Positions 31,311 through 41,607 of a stretch of DNA of 64,000 bases are shown here, in pieces. The DNA comes from Proteobacteria bacterium UBA2136 (GTDB lineage: Bacteria > Pseudomonadota > Alphaproteobacteria > UBA2136). A model generated the notes under the pieces. That model was not told the origin of the DNA. It saw only the letters and a program-made list of their open reading frames with translations, and made no database searches. Position 1 is the first letter of the stretch. The number at the start of each line of letters is the position of its first letter. The stretch is from the NCBI GenBank assembly GCA_002328405.1, contig DCXM01000001.1, forward strand, positions 77,735 to 141,734, read 5' to 3'. A program made the translations under genes and the position numbers.

Positions 31311-31505
31311 TTATTCCAGCTCTTCTATCCACGCTTGTTGGATGGCTTCTAAAATTTTTTCGCCGCAACGCTCAGGGTCATCGTCAAAGCCGTCCAGCTC
31401 TTCCACCCATTTTTTAAGGTCGGTAAAGCGCACGGTAACGGGGTTCACATCCTCATGTTTTTCGCTTAGTTCAATGGCAATGTCGTAAATGTCTGTCCAC
31501 TTCAT
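31311..31505 (-). CDS. iscX: Fe-S cluster assembly protein IscX
   Basis: MKWTD...VRFTDL...DDDPE matches IscX/YfhJ. The start used is the internal ATG at 31505, and the longer track ORF overlaps fdx. Confidence 0.8.
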   Translation of the reverse strand: MKWTDIYDIAIELSEKHEDVNPVTVRFTDLKKWVEELDGFDDDPERCGEKILEAIQQAWIEELE

Positions 31506-31852
31506 ACCATTTTCTCCAACTGCATGTTGCGTGTTTCCTTTGGCAGGCGCACGGTAATGCCATCTAGCTCTTTGCTCATAATAATTTGGCAACCCAAGCG
31601 TGACGTGGTGGTGAGACCAAAGGCATAATCCAGCATATCCTCTTCTTCTTCCACTGGTTCTTCTAGCTTGTTATAAAAACTTTTATCAACAATCACATGG
31701 CAGGTGGAGCATGCCAAACTGCCTTCACATGCACCTTCTAGGGCAATTTTATTGCGGTGCGCAAGGCTTAACAAATCGTCGCCTTCGTTTGCTTCCACCG
31801 TTACAGTTTCGCCGTTTGGCAAAATGTAATTCACATGTAATTTATCGCTCAT
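31502..31852 (-). CDS. fdx: [2Fe-2S] ferredoxin, ISC-type
   Basis: [11 protein letters not shown]...C cysteine pattern; 116 aa. Confidence 0.9.
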   Translation of the reverse strand: MSDKLHVNYILPNGETVTVEANEGDDLLSLAHRNKIALEGACEGSLACSTCHVIVDKSFYNKLEEPVEEEEDMLDYAFGLTTTSRLGCQIIMSKELDGITVRLPKETRNMQLEKMV

Positions 31853-33600
31853 TTGCTTGTTTCACCTTTTTCTTCGCTGTAAATGTTTTGTCCCACAACC
31901 GCTTGTTTTAAAGCATTGTTCACCCGTTGTTCGCTAAAGCTTTGGAAAGCATTTTCTAAAGTTTCCATCGCGTCTTCCACGTCGTCACGGTTGCTGGCTG
32001 TTAAAAAGCTTTTGGCCACCTTTAACGCATTTTCAAGCGTTTTAAAAGTGGTTTCGTCTAACAGCGCCCCGTCTTTTTCAAGTGCTAAAGCACAAGCGTC
32101 TATCACCCTTTCAAGTTCCAGTTGTGCTTCTTTCAGTTGTCTAAAGCCTACGTCTTGCTGGGCATGGGTCATGGAGTCTTTGAGCATCGTCAACATATCG
32201 TCTGGTTTTAAGCCATAAGAAGGCACCACGTCGACCGACTGGCTCACGCCAGAAGTTTCCTCATCCGCTGTCACGGTGAGCATGCCGTCCGCATCCAAGG
32301 CAAAGCGCACCACAATCCGTGCCGCACCTGCTGGCAGTGACGGAATCCCCTTTAAGCGGAACTTGGCAAGGGACCTGCACCCTTCCACCGTTTCACGCTC
32401 CCCTTGAAGCACATGGATATCCATCGCTGTTTGACCATCCTTAAAAGTGGTAAATTTTTGCGCCCTTGTGATGGGGATGGGCGTGTTGCGTTCAATCACC
32501 TTTTCCACAAGACCGCCCATGGTTTCAAGCCCAAGGGAAAGTGGTGTCACGTCCAGCAGCAACATGTCATCACGCTTGTTGCCTGCCAAGGCAGAAGCCT
32601 GCAACGCCGCGCCGTGCGCCACCACTTGGTCGGGGTTAATGCCTGTTTGTGGCTTGTGGCCAAAGGCTTCTTCCACCATGGTTGCCACCAACGGCAAACG
32701 GGTAGAGCCACCCACCAGCACAATGCCGTCCAAGTCGTCCTCGGTCATCTCCGCATCGTTTAAGACATCGTCACAAATTTGTAAAGTTTTGGCAATGATG
32801 GGCTTGGCACAGTCTGCCACCCCTGCGCCGTTTTGTTCTTTCAGTGTTCTTGCTTCTAAGGTGGTTATGCCTTTGGCTTGTGCAAGGGCGTTGTCAATGT
32901 CGTCGCCGCCCAAGTAGGTGTCGCCCCCTGTGGCCACCACACGGAAAACACCGCCTGTTAACTTTAATAAGGACACATCAAAGGTGCCGCCGCCCAAGTC
33001 GTAAACCAAAAATTGGCCTTCGGCTTTTTTATCCAAGCCATAAGCCAAAGCCGCCGCTGTTGGTTCACTAATCAACCGCATCACGTTCAGCCCTGCCAAT
33101 TTGGCCGCATCCTTTGTGGCTTGGCGCTGGGCGTCATTAAAGTAAGCCGGCACGGTGATCACCGCATCGTAAACCGCTTGGCCTAAATGTTGTTCGGTTT
33201 TGTGCTTCATGTGCTTTAACAAATCCGCACTTACTTCCACCGCCGACTTTTCAATGCTTTTAAAGCGGGCTTTGGCAATTTGCGCATCCCCTGCAATTTC
33301 AAAGGGGACGGTTTGGGCAAAGGTTTGAGCATCCTCAACGTTTTTGCCCATCAGCCTTTTCATGGAATAAAACACGTTTTGACCACCGGCCTTTAATAGA
33401 TCCACCGCATGTTGACCGAAGGACATTTCGCCATTTTCGCCGTAAGCCACCATCGAAGGCAGCGCTGTGGCATCGCCGTCTAGCGGTACAAAATGCACCT
33501 GCCCTTCTTTGTCGTACGCCACAAGGGAAAAGGTGGTGCCAAGGTCAATGCCGATGACTTGTCTTTTTTTGTCCTGTCCGGGTTCTGAAATGGTGAGCAT
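31849..33600 (-). CDS. hscA: Fe-S protein assembly chaperone HscA (Hsp70 family)
   Basis: IGIDLGTT and DLGGGTFD motifs; 583 aa. Confidence 0.9.
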   Translation of the reverse strand: MLTISEPGQDKKRQVIGIDLGTTFSLVAYDKEGQVHFVPLDGDATALPSMVAYGENGEMSFGQHAVDLLKAGGQNVFYSMKRLMGKNVEDAQTFAQTVPFEIAGDAQIAKARFKSIEKSAVEVSADLLKHMKHKTEQHLGQAVYDAVITVPAYFNDAQRQATKDAAKLAGLNVMRLISEPTAAALAYGLDKKAEGQFLVYDLGGGTFDVSLLKLTGGVFRVVATGGDTYLGGDDIDNALAQAKGITTLEARTLKEQNGAGVADCAKPIIAKTLQICDDVLNDAEMTEDDLDGIVLVGGSTRLPLVATMVEEAFGHKPQTGINPDQVVAHGAALQASALAGNKRDDMLLLDVTPLSLGLETMGGLVEKVIERNTPIPITRAQKFTTFKDGQTAMDIHVLQGERETVEGCRSLAKFRLKGIPSLPAGAARIVVRFALDADGMLTVTADEETSGVSQSVDVVPSYGLKPDDMLTMLKDSMTHAQQDVGFRQLKEAQLELERVIDACALALEKDGALLDETTFKTLENALKVAKSFLTASNRDDVEDAMETLENAFQSFSEQRVNNALKQAVVGQNIYSEEKGETSK

Positions 33601-33609
33601 AACGGGCCT

Positions 33610-34236
33610 TTAATTTGTTTTAAGTTGTCGCATTTTGCGTTTGATATCACGGGTGAACTTGCTTAAAAATTGCAGTTCTAGGGTTTGCTTTTTCGCTTTT
33701 TCAAAATTGGAACTGTCAAAGGATTCTACCAAACCGCTTTCCAAATTTGCGATGTCATCTTGAACCTCTATTAGCAAATCATCAAGCTGTTCACTTTCTT
33801 CCAACTGTTCACGCAGTTCAAACTGTTTCATCATCATGTCTGGTGTGGGTTTTTCCTCCAACACGTCATGAATGCCCTGCTCTGCCAAAAGCAAGCAAGC
33901 ACGTTCCACCGGTTTTTTAAGCTTGTTGTAACTGTCGTTCAAAAAACCACCCCAGGAAAGGGCGTTCATTTGCTCTTGGCTGGTTTTGGTCACAAACTTA
34001 TCGGGATGAAACTGCTTTTGTAAATCAAGATAACGTTCTTCCAGGGTGTTTAAGTTCAGGTTAAACGCAAATGGCAAAGCAAAAAACTTAAAAGGGCTTA
34101 GGGCAAAGGGCCTGCGCAATGTGCCGCAAGTGGGGCAAAAAAAGCCTTCATTTAAAGGCCCTTTGCATGACCAACAAATTTCGTTTGTTTGCATAAAAAT
34201 TGCTGTTTCTTTTTGTTGTTTTTTGCGTTTGTTCAA
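33610..34236 (-). CDS. hscB: Co-chaperone HscB (J-domain) with N-terminal Cys4 zinc-finger
   Basis: CWSC...CPTC tetracysteine, then a J-domain with an HPD motif (QFHPDKF) and a C-terminal helical domain. Confidence 0.8.
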   Translation of the reverse strand: MNKRKKQQKETAIFMQTNEICWSCKGPLNEGFFCPTCGTLRRPFALSPFKFFALPFAFNLNLNTLEERYLDLQKQFHPDKFVTKTSQEQMNALSWGGFLNDSYNKLKKPVERACLLLAEQGIHDVLEEKPTPDMMMKQFELREQLEESEQLDDLLIEVQDDIANLESGLVESFDSSNFEKAKKQTLELQFLSKFTRDIKRKMRQLKTN

Positions 34237-34245
34237 CCTTAAAGC

Positions 34246-34575
34246 CTAAACCGTGAAGGATTCGCCACAGCCACATTCGCCTTTTTTATTCGGGTTGTTA
34301 AAAACAAACCCTTGGCGCAGGTCATCTTCTTCATAGTCCACCTCGGTACCTACCAGATAAATCAGCGACTTGGCGTCAATCAACACTTTCACATGGTCAA
34401 AGGCAATTTCTTCGTCGCCAATGTCCTTATTGTCCGCATATTCAAGCTTGTAGCCAAGGCCACTGCACCCTGCTGTTTTAATACCAAGGCGAATAAAAGC
34501 ATCCGGCGTGCCACGACCGTCCAAAAGGGCCGCCATTTGCTTTTGCGCCAGTGATGAAATTTGTATCAAAGCCAT
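34246..34575 (-). CDS. iscA: Iron-sulfur cluster insertion protein IscA (HesB family)
   Basis: C-terminal GCGCGESF motif. Confidence 0.85.
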   Translation of the reverse strand: MALIQISSLAQKQMAALLDGRGTPDAFIRLGIKTAGCSGLGYKLEYADNKDIGDEEIAFDHVKVLIDAKSLIYLVGTEVDYEEDDLRQGFVFNNPNKKGECGCGESFTV

Positions 34576-34581
34576 GGGTTG

Positions 34582-34965
34582 TTAGGCACCTTGCTTGGAC
34601 TTATAGTCATCAATCGCCGCTTTAATCGCATCTTCCGCAAGGACAGAGCAGTGAATTTTAACCGGTGGTAACGCCAATTCTTCCGCAATGTCAGAATTTT
34701 TAATTTCTGTTGCTTGGTCCAGCGTTTTGCCTTTTAACATTTCCGTCGCAAGGGAGGAAGAAGCAATGGCACTGCCACAGCCGAAAGTTTTAAACTTCGC
34801 GTCTTCAATCACACCTGTATCGCTCACCTGAATTTGCAGTTTCATCACGTCGCCACAAGCGGGTGCACCCACCATGCCTGTGCCCACATGGCTGTCCGCC
34901 TTGTTGAGTGACCCAACGTTGCGTGGGTTGCTGTAATGGTCCATAACTTTATCTGAATAAGCCAT
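34582..34965 (-). CDS. iscU: Fe-S cluster scaffold IscU
   Basis: GAPACGD and LPPVKIHCS motifs. Confidence 0.95.
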   Translation of the reverse strand: MAYSDKVMDHYSNPRNVGSLNKADSHVGTGMVGAPACGDVMKLQIQVSDTGVIEDAKFKTFGCGSAIASSSLATEMLKGKTLDQATEIKNSDIAEELALPPVKIHCSVLAEDAIKAAIDDYKSKQGA

Positions 34966-35028
34966 TTTAATTTCCTTCTCTTATACCTTTATTATAGGTA
35001 TTTTTAGTTCATTTTTAAACTGTTTCGT

Positions 35029-36240
35029 TTAGTGTTCTGCCCATTGTACGGTGGAAAGGTCAACACCTTCTTGCACCATTTCCCAAAGTGGGCTCATTTC
35101 ACGCAATTTTTCAACATTGGCCAAAATGGTTTCAATGGCAAAGTCCACCTCTTCATCGGTGGTGAAGCGACCAATCCCTAAGCGGATGGAAGTGTGCGCC
35201 ATGTCGTCACTTAAGCCTAAAGCACGCAACACATAAGAAGGCTCTAACGATGCGGACGTACAAGCCGAACCAGAAGAAACCGCCAAGTCTTTAATGGCCA
35301 TCATCAAGGACTCCCCTTCAACATAAGCAAAAGATAAGTTGATGTTACCCGCCAAACGCTTGGTAGCATGACCATTTAAAAACACATGTGGAATTTTGTC
35401 TTGAATGGTGTGGATGATCTTATCGCGCATTTGGGTTAAGCGCTTGTCTTCCGCTGCCATTTCCGCCAATGCAAGTTCAGCAGCCTTACCAAAGCCCACC
35501 AAAAGCGGTGTTGGCAATGTGCCACTGCGCATGCCACGTTCTTGCCCACCACCACTGATGATGGGGCGCACACGCATCCGTGGTTTACGGCGCACATAAA
35601 GCGCACCCACACCCATTGGCCCATAAATTTTGTGGGAGGAGATGGACATCACGTCCACGTTCATGTCATTCACGTCAATGGCAATTTTACCAAAGCTTTG
35701 TGCCGCATCAGTGTGGAACTTTACACCCGCTTCACGGCAAATGGCGCCAATGGCTTTAATGTCCTGAATGACGCCAATTTCGTTGTTGGCATGCATCACG
35801 CTGACCATCATGGTGTCATCACGCAAGGCATCTTTTAATTTTTGCAGGTCCAGCAGACCATCTTCTTCCACCCCAAGGTAGGTAATGTCAAAGCCTTGCT
35901 CGCTCAGGTGGCGGCAGCTGTCCAGCACGCATTTGTGTTCAGTCACCACGGTGATGATGTGTTTTTTGTCGGTGCCGTAAAATTCTGCCGCACCTTTAAT
36001 GGCCATGTTGTTGGACTCGGTCGCGCCAGAAGTGAAAATAATTTCCTTCGGGTCTGCGCCAATCACTTTGGCAATGTTGGCACGGGCTGTTTCCACCGCT
36101 TCTTCTGCTTCCCAACCAAAGGCGTGGGTGCGTGAGTGCGGGTTGCCCGGCTTTTCAAACCAGTAAGGCGCCATTGCTTCAACCACACGTGGGTCGGTTG
36201 GTGTTGTGGCTTGATAGTCAAGATATACAGGTGTTTTCAT
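35029..36240 (-). CDS. iscS: Cysteine desulfurase IscS
   Basis: 403 aa with an [11 protein letters not shown]-lysine motif and an SGSACTS active-site region. Confidence 0.95.
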   Translation of the reverse strand: MKTPVYLDYQATTPTDPRVVEAMAPYWFEKPGNPHSRTHAFGWEAEEAVETARANIAKVIGADPKEIIFTSGATESNNMAIKGAAEFYGTDKKHIITVVTEHKCVLDSCRHLSEQGFDITYLGVEEDGLLDLQKLKDALRDDTMMVSVMHANNEIGVIQDIKAIGAICREAGVKFHTDAAQSFGKIAIDVNDMNVDVMSISSHKIYGPMGVGALYVRRKPRMRVRPIISGGGQERGMRSGTLPTPLLVGFGKAAELALAEMAAEDKRLTQMRDKIIHTIQDKIPHVFLNGHATKRLAGNINLSFAYVEGESLMMAIKDLAVSSGSACTSASLEPSYVLRALGLSDDMAHTSIRLGIGRFTTDEEVDFAIETILANVEKLREMSPLWEMVQEGVDLSTVQWAEH

Positions 36241-36247
36241 AATTGGG

Positions 36248-37393
36248 TTAACTTACCTTTTCTTTTTTAATTTTCATGCGGCTCATGGTTTGGTCATAAG
36301 CTGTTAAAAACTTTTCCACATCTTCGGCGGTGTTGTGCCACGCCATGGAAATGCGCAAACCTGCCAAGGCCATTTCTTCGCTGAAGCCTTGGGCGGTCAA
36401 AACCCGTGAAGGGACAGACCTGCCACTGGAACAGGCCGACCCTTGTGAAATGCAAACCCCTGCCATATCCATGGAAAGGAGCACCATCTCAGCCGATGTA
36501 TTGGGCACCATAACACAGGTGGTCACGTCCATTCTAGGGGCGTTTTGGCCCACAATCACCGCGTCGGGCGTGATGTTTAAAATACCTTGCTCCATTTTTT
36601 CACGCAGGCTGTTCAAACGGGGCATGTCTTCAATGCTTTTTTGCACTTGGGCACAGGCTTCGCCCGATGCAATAATGCCCAGCATATTCTCGGTACCAGA
36701 ACGGCGTTTGCGTTCTTGACCACCGCCCGTAATCAGCGATGTCATTTGTACTTCATTTTTCAAAATAAGGGCAGCGCAACCTTTTGGCCCACCAATTTTG
36801 TGGAAGGAAATGGCAATGCTGTCCGCCCCCATGGTGGGGAAGTCAATCACCTCTTTAGCCAGCAGTTGCACCGCATCAATGTGCAGTTTAACGCCGTGTT
36901 TTTTGCAAATTTCGGCCACTTTTTGAATGGGCTGTTTAACCCCCGTTTCATTGTTGGCTGCCATAATGCTCACCAAGGAAGTCGGTTTGCTTGAAAGCTC
37001 TTTGTCCAATGCTTCAAGGCAGATTACACCGTCTTCATCCACAGGCAGATAAACAACGTCAAAACCTTCATCCTTCAAAACTTCGGCTGTGTTATAAACC
37101 GAGCTATGTTCGGTGGGAGACGTAATCAAGCGTTTGTGTGGGCAAACATTTAAAAAGCCACGCAACGCCATCACATTGCTTTCCGTGCCTGAACCTGTAA
37201 ACACCACTTGTTCACTACGTACGTTCACTGCTTGTGCCACTTGTCTGCGGGCATGGTCTAAAGCCAAGCGTGCTTTTTGCCCTTCAGCATGGGCAGAGGA
37301 TGGGTTGCCAAAAACGTCTAAACTTTGGCGAATAACTTCCTTCACCTCTTCTTTCAAAGGTGTGGTGCCATTGTTATCAAGATATACGGACAT
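36248..37393 (-). CDS. Second class V aminotransferase / NifS-like cysteine desulfurase
   Basis: 381 aa with an [13 protein letters not shown]-lysine region and SQGSACSSG. Confidence 0.85.
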   Translation of the reverse strand: MSVYLDNNGTTPLKEEVKEVIRQSLDVFGNPSSAHAEGQKARLALDHARRQVAQAVNVRSEQVVFTGSGTESNVMALRGFLNVCPHKRLITSPTEHSSVYNTAEVLKDEGFDVVYLPVDEDGVICLEALDKELSSKPTSLVSIMAANNETGVKQPIQKVAEICKKHGVKLHIDAVQLLAKEVIDFPTMGADSIAISFHKIGGPKGCAALILKNEVQMTSLITGGGQERKRRSGTENMLGIIASGEACAQVQKSIEDMPRLNSLREKMEQGILNITPDAVIVGQNAPRMDVTTCVMVPNTSAEMVLLSMDMAGVCISQGSACSSGRSVPSRVLTAQGFSEEMALAGLRISMAWHNTAEDVEKFLTAYDQTMSRMKIKKEKVS

Positions 37394-37859
37394 TCACCTT
37401 GCCTCCTGCTTGGGCCATTGTGGGCAGGTCAAACGGCAATTTAATGCTGCGCTCGCAAATCATTTTCAGGTTTACATGGCGCATAAAACTTTCAATATGG
37501 TCACTTAAGGCGCTCCACAAGTCATGCGCGTTACAGCGTCCACTTTCCAAGCAACCACTTTCTCCCGTACAGCGAGTTGCTTTGGTGCCTTCATTCACAG
37601 CGGCAATAATGTCAAAAAGTGGGATATTTTCGGCCGACTGAGCCAAGCGGTAACCACCCCCTGGGCCACGGGTACTTTTAACCACCCCAGCACGGCGCAG
37701 TTGCGAGAACAATTGCTCTAAATAAGACAACGAGATTTCTTGGCGTTTGGCAATTTCTTCCAGCTTAACCGCGCGGGACTTCACCCCGTCCCCCCCTTGC
37801 AGGAGCGAAAGGTCAATCAAAGCCATCACAGCGTAACGTCCACGTGTTGACAATTGCAT
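37377..37859 (-). CDS. iscR: Rrf2-family Fe-S regulator IscR
   Basis: MQLSTRGRYAVMAL HTH start and three C-terminal cysteines (CTGESGCLESGRC). The track ORF is extended upstream to 37880. Confidence 0.8.
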   Translation of the reverse strand: MQLSTRGRYAVMALIDLSLLQGGDGVKSRAVKLEEIAKRQEISLSYLEQLFSQLRRAGVVKSTRGPGGGYRLAQSAENIPLFDIIAAVNEGTKATRCTGESGCLESGRCNAHDLWSALSDHIESFMRHVNLKMICERSIKLPFDLPTMAQAGGKVNVRIS

Positions 37860-37942
37860 AAAATGCCTCCATCTCTTCAAAAAATTTATAATCTGCCTTT
37901 ATATATATAATAACCCTATAACCCAGTCAAGTAAGGGGATAT

Positions 37943-37970
37943 AAAAAAAGCCCTACGAGAGGGCTTTTTC
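37943..37970. terminator. Bidirectional rho-independent terminator upstream of iscR, overlapping the 3' end of the 119-aa gene
   Basis: A7, then AGCCCT acgag AGGGCT, then T5. Confidence 0.7.
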
Positions 37971-38312
37971 ATTCGATTTTTGAGCAGGTGTGATCTTTGC
38001 CATGTAAAATGCAAAGGCCACAGTCACAGCTAAAACAGCAAAAGCCCATAGTGTATCGGGCCTGCCAGTTTCCATAGCCGAGCTGTAAGTAAAGTAAACA
38101 GCCACATAAACAATGGGGTTAAACACAACAAACTGAATGTTTGCCGACTTCGCTTCACTTACCCATTTATACAGCAGTGACTCAACCATCAAAAAAGCAA
38201 TGGTCAATAACAAGGTGTATAGCGCAAACCCCGTATCAATTTTAAAAAAAGTTAAACAATACAGGGCAGACAAAAGAGCAAAAAAGAAAATTCTTAAAAA
38301 CATCAGGTTCAT
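37953..38312 (-). CDS. Hypothetical small membrane protein (3-4 TM helices)
   Basis: Hydrophobic 119-aa ORF. Confidence 0.45.
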   Translation of the reverse strand: MNLMFLRIFFFALLSALYCLTFFKIDTGFALYTLLLTIAFLMVESLLYKWVSEAKSANIQFVVFNPIVYVAVYFTYSSAMETGRPDTLWAFAVLAVTVAFAFYMAKITPAQKSNEKALS

Positions 38313-38338
38313 TGTAAAACCTCCAATTATGTGTGAAT

Positions 38339-38572
38339 TTAAGCTTCCGGCATGGCAATTTTTGAACCATCATTGCCTGTTAAAACAGCGTACTCCATCA
38401 CCAATTGGCTGTGTTTGTAAACAAGGTTCATTTTTGCATTTAAAATGCTTTTTTCTGTACCTTCATCTTTCGCAATTCGTTGTGATACATCTTCAATTTG
38501 CGCTTCAACATTTTTGATTTGCTTACGTAATTTACGTGCTTTTTTCGCTTTGCTTTGATTTTCTACCAGCAT
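38339..38572 (-). CDS. Hypothetical small charged coiled-coil protein
   Basis: 77 aa, Lys/Glu-rich. Confidence 0.4.
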   Translation of the reverse strand: MLVENQSKAKKARKLRKQIKNVEAQIEDVSQRIAKDEGTEKSILNAKMNLVYKHSQLVMEYAVLTGNDGSKIAMPEA

Positions 38573-38663
38573 CGTGGTCTCCTAAAAGGGAAGAAAGTAA
38601 ATGATATGATTTGTTATAGTGCAAGTATACAATAATTACAAGGGTGAACCCTTCAAAACGACC

Positions 38664-38708
38664 ATTTGATGCGTATCTGCTTCGCATTTGATGCACAAAG
38701 GCGCATAA
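38664..38708. repeat. Intergenic repeat motif block (ATTTGATGCGTA ... ATGCA...GCGCAT), shared with 62658..62695
   Basis: Direct comparison of the two intergenic regions. Confidence 0.5.
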
Positions 38709-38782
38709 CACCCCTAAAAATTACAACCACAGATAGGTAAAATTGCAGTTTTTGGCCAAAACTAACCGTTTTTGAAAATTTA

Positions 38783-38836
38783 ATGCGTCATTATGCGTCG
38801 TCAATTCGTACGATATGCGCACAAAATTCGCCATTT
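38783..38836. repeat. Intergenic repeat motif block (two ATGCGTC copies, TTGACGACGCATAATG on the reverse strand, TCGTACGA palindrome), shared in inverted orientation with 62560..62597
   Basis: Direct comparison of the two intergenic regions. Confidence 0.5.
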
Positions 38837-38840
38837 ACAA

Positions 38841-40601
38841 CTATTTGGTGTTTAAAGGTTTGTCAAAAAGTTTCACCATCTCACTCAGCAGTGTTTCAGC
38901 AAGGCTTTCAACATTTTCAATGACCACGGCATTTTGATAATAAGCGTCCACATCATGGCCAATGCCAATGGCATGAAGCTCTAACGTTTTGTCCCTTTCC
39001 ACTTGGCTTATCACTTCTTTTAAATGCTGGTCTAGGTAGCCATTTTTGTTGTGCCGATCGGTGGCGTAATCCACAGGTGCACCGTCACTTATCACAAATA
39101 AAATCTTGCGTGTTTGCGGCCTTTTTTTAAGCCGACTCACCGCCCATTTTAAGCCTTCACCGTCGATATTTTCTTTTAACAAATCGTCCGCCAACATGTA
39201 ACCAAAAGCATGTTCACATTTTTTATAAGCCTTGTGTGCTGGCTTGTAAATAATGTGCAAAATTTCGTTTAGACGCCCTGGTTTTTCAGGCCTTCCGTCC
39301 ATCACCCACTTTAAGCGACTTTCGCCACCTTTCCATGATTTTGTGGTGTAGCCCAGCACCTCAACCTTCACGCCACACTTTTCAAAAGTGCGTGTTAAGA
39401 CGTCCGCTGTGAGCGCTGCCATTTCAATGGGTTTACCCCGCATGGAGCCTGAATTATCCACCAATAAAGTGATGGTCGTATCCATCACATTTTTGTGGCG
39501 AGCACTTTTAAAAACGTCCACACTTTGACTGCTGATAATGCTTGGCAATTTGGCCATATCCAGCACGCCTTCTTCTTGATCCAGCAACCAACCTTCCCTT
39601 AAGGATGACATCAATTTCCTTTGCAAAACAACGCTTAACTTCCTTGCTAAACCTTTGTGTTGTTGCGCCAGATTTTTATATTTTGTTTGCAAGGCAGGCT
39701 TTTCATGGTCGGCCACCCAGTTGTTAATTTCAACTTCTTCATCAAATTCTGTGGTGTAAATTTTATAACCTTCCATGTCACTTTTAGGTTGGTAATAAAA
39801 TTTTTGTAGGTACTGGTTTGTGTCCAAAAGTGTGTGGCCAGCATCATTTTGCTGATCATCAAAAGGCTTTGCAATGTCCTCACCTTCCAGCTGTTTTAAT
39901 TGGGTACTTTCGCCCAAAATGTCGCCACCGGATTGCGATGCATCTTCCACCAAGTCGCCTTGCTCAAGCTGTTGTTCCGCTGCTTTATTTTCATAATTTT
40001 GTTGCTGGTTCAACCTTTTGATAATGGACTGTAAATTTTGATAACTGTTGATTTTTTCATCCAGCGTTTTAAAAGAGCTTTTATGAAACCACTCAACAAT
40101 TTCTGCGTCCATAAAAGGTTGCATTTGCTTGCAAAATTTGAGCTGTGTCGGGGTAATACTCTCCCCTTGTCTTTCCCGTAAGAGAAGGGATAATGCAAAG
40201 GTCTGATGCGCCAGCGTGGGTGGATTTTGTAAAAACAAATCCAGCTCGGATTCATGCAAAATCTGCATGGCTTTTTCCGCCCCTTTAAATACACGAACAC
40301 CCTTACTTTCCGCCAATGCCATTTCCAGCACAAACATGGCATTTAAAAAGTTCTGCTCGGCTTTTTCAAAGGCGCTTATCAACTGATTATTTTCACCGTA
40401 GCGATAACTAAAAGCAAGGCGGTTTGCCTTGGCTTCTACCAAAGGCCAGTGTTTTGGGTTTTCCAGTTCCACATCGCTGAGGATAATGCCTTGTGGGGTA
40501 ATGGAGGCATGTTTATCAAAGCCAACTTTTAATGTTTCATCACCGCTGATGGCACGTGTGGTTTTAACCAAAGATTCTTTAAATTTTTGACCAGACGACA
40601 T
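38841..40601 (-). CDS. cobT: Cobaltochelatase subunit CobT-like (C-terminal vWA domain)
   Basis: 586 aa with an acidic central region and a vWA MIDAS motif (VDNSGSMRG); paired with cobS. Confidence 0.8.
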   Translation of the reverse strand: MSSGQKFKESLVKTTRAISGDETLKVGFDKHASITPQGIILSDVELENPKHWPLVEAKANRLAFSYRYGENNQLISAFEKAEQNFLNAMFVLEMALAESKGVRVFKGAEKAMQILHESELDLFLQNPPTLAHQTFALSLLLRERQGESITPTQLKFCKQMQPFMDAEIVEWFHKSSFKTLDEKINSYQNLQSIIKRLNQQQNYENKAAEQQLEQGDLVEDASQSGGDILGESTQLKQLEGEDIAKPFDDQQNDAGHTLLDTNQYLQKFYYQPKSDMEGYKIYTTEFDEEVEINNWVADHEKPALQTKYKNLAQQHKGLARKLSVVLQRKLMSSLREGWLLDQEEGVLDMAKLPSIISSQSVDVFKSARHKNVMDTTITLLVDNSGSMRGKPIEMAALTADVLTRTFEKCGVKVEVLGYTTKSWKGGESRLKWVMDGRPEKPGRLNEILHIIYKPAHKAYKKCEHAFGYMLADDLLKENIDGEGLKWAVSRLKKRPQTRKILFVISDGAPVDYATDRHNKNGYLDQHLKEVISQVERDKTLELHAIGIGHDVDAYYQNAVVIENVESLAETLLSEMVKLFDKPLNTK

Positions 40602-40607
40602 GGCAAA

Positions 40608-41528
40608 TTACTCACCAAAAACACGGTTATAAAAAGTGTTTAAGGTTTCAAAATCTGCTGGGTCAACTCGGTTCATAAAACTAAGTTTAAAGGCTTGGTA
40701 CACATCGTCCAAAATTTCATAGTTTTGTGCCCACATCAGCACTGTTCTAGGCGACATAACCGCCGACAAATCACCCGCCATAAATGCGGTACGGGTCAAG
40801 CTTGCAACAGTGATCATCTTCTCAATCAAGTCCTTGCTGTTGTGCAATTGCGGCATCTTGGAGAGGGCGACTTCCTTTTCCCAACTTTCTTCCAGATAGT
40901 TTAAATGAACAACCATGTTCCACCTGTCCAACTGCGCTTGGTTTAGGTGGTGAGTGCCGTGATACAACCCCGTCGAATCGCCTAGGCCAATGGTGTTAGA
41001 GGTGGCAAATAACCGAAACTGTGGGTGCGGATGAATGATTTTATTTTGGTCAGGCAAAGTCAAAGCACCACCTTGTTCCATCAACCGTTGAATCACAAAC
41101 ATCACCTCTGGCCGACCAGCGTCATATTCATCTAAAACAAGTGCCATAGGCTGTTGCATCGCCCAAGGCAAAATGCCCTCTTTAAATTTGGTTACCTGCT
41201 GACCATCTTCAAGGACAATTTGGTCCTTACCAATCAAGTCCAGCCTTGAAATGTGACCGTCTAAATTCAGACGAAAACAAGGCCAGTTTAAACGTGCGGC
41301 CACTTGTTCAATGTGGCTGGATTTACCTGTACCGTGGTAACCTTGAACCAACACTTTTAAATTATTTTCAAATGCTGCCAACAGCACCTTTGTGGTTTCA
41401 GGGTCAAAGTGATAGCCGCTGTCAACCTCTGGTACAAATTCTGACTTTTGGTTAAAACCCTTCACCTTTGCATGACTTTCAAAAGCAAACAAATCCTGCA
41501 CATTTTTTTCCACTAAATCAAACTGCAC
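40608..41528 (-). CDS. cobS: Cobaltochelatase subunit CobS-like AAA+ (MoxR-type) ATPase
   Basis: GYHGTGKSS Walker A; 306 aa. Confidence 0.85.
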   Translation of the reverse strand: MQFDLVEKNVQDLFAFESHAKVKGFNQKSEFVPEVDSGYHFDPETTKVLLAAFENNLKVLVQGYHGTGKSSHIEQVAARLNWPCFRLNLDGHISRLDLIGKDQIVLEDGQQVTKFKEGILPWAMQQPMALVLDEYDAGRPEVMFVIQRLMEQGGALTLPDQNKIIHPHPQFRLFATSNTIGLGDSTGLYHGTHHLNQAQLDRWNMVVHLNYLEESWEKEVALSKMPQLHNSKDLIEKMITVASLTRTAFMAGDLSAVMSPRTVLMWAQNYEILDDVYQAFKLSFMNRVDPADFETLNTFYNRVFGE

Positions 41529-41607
41529 TTATTCGTCTCCTTTTTCTTTTAACAATAAAACAAAAAGTGTCGAAAAAAAAGAATTTAAAGTTGTATACCT
41601 TCACCGC

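Noticed and set aside
36248-37393. Possibility that the second desulfurase is a sufS and signals a SUF system
   Set aside because: No sufB, sufC, sufD or sufE neighbours are present. The gene sits between iscR and iscS, as does the NifS-like paralog of Rickettsiales ISC operons.
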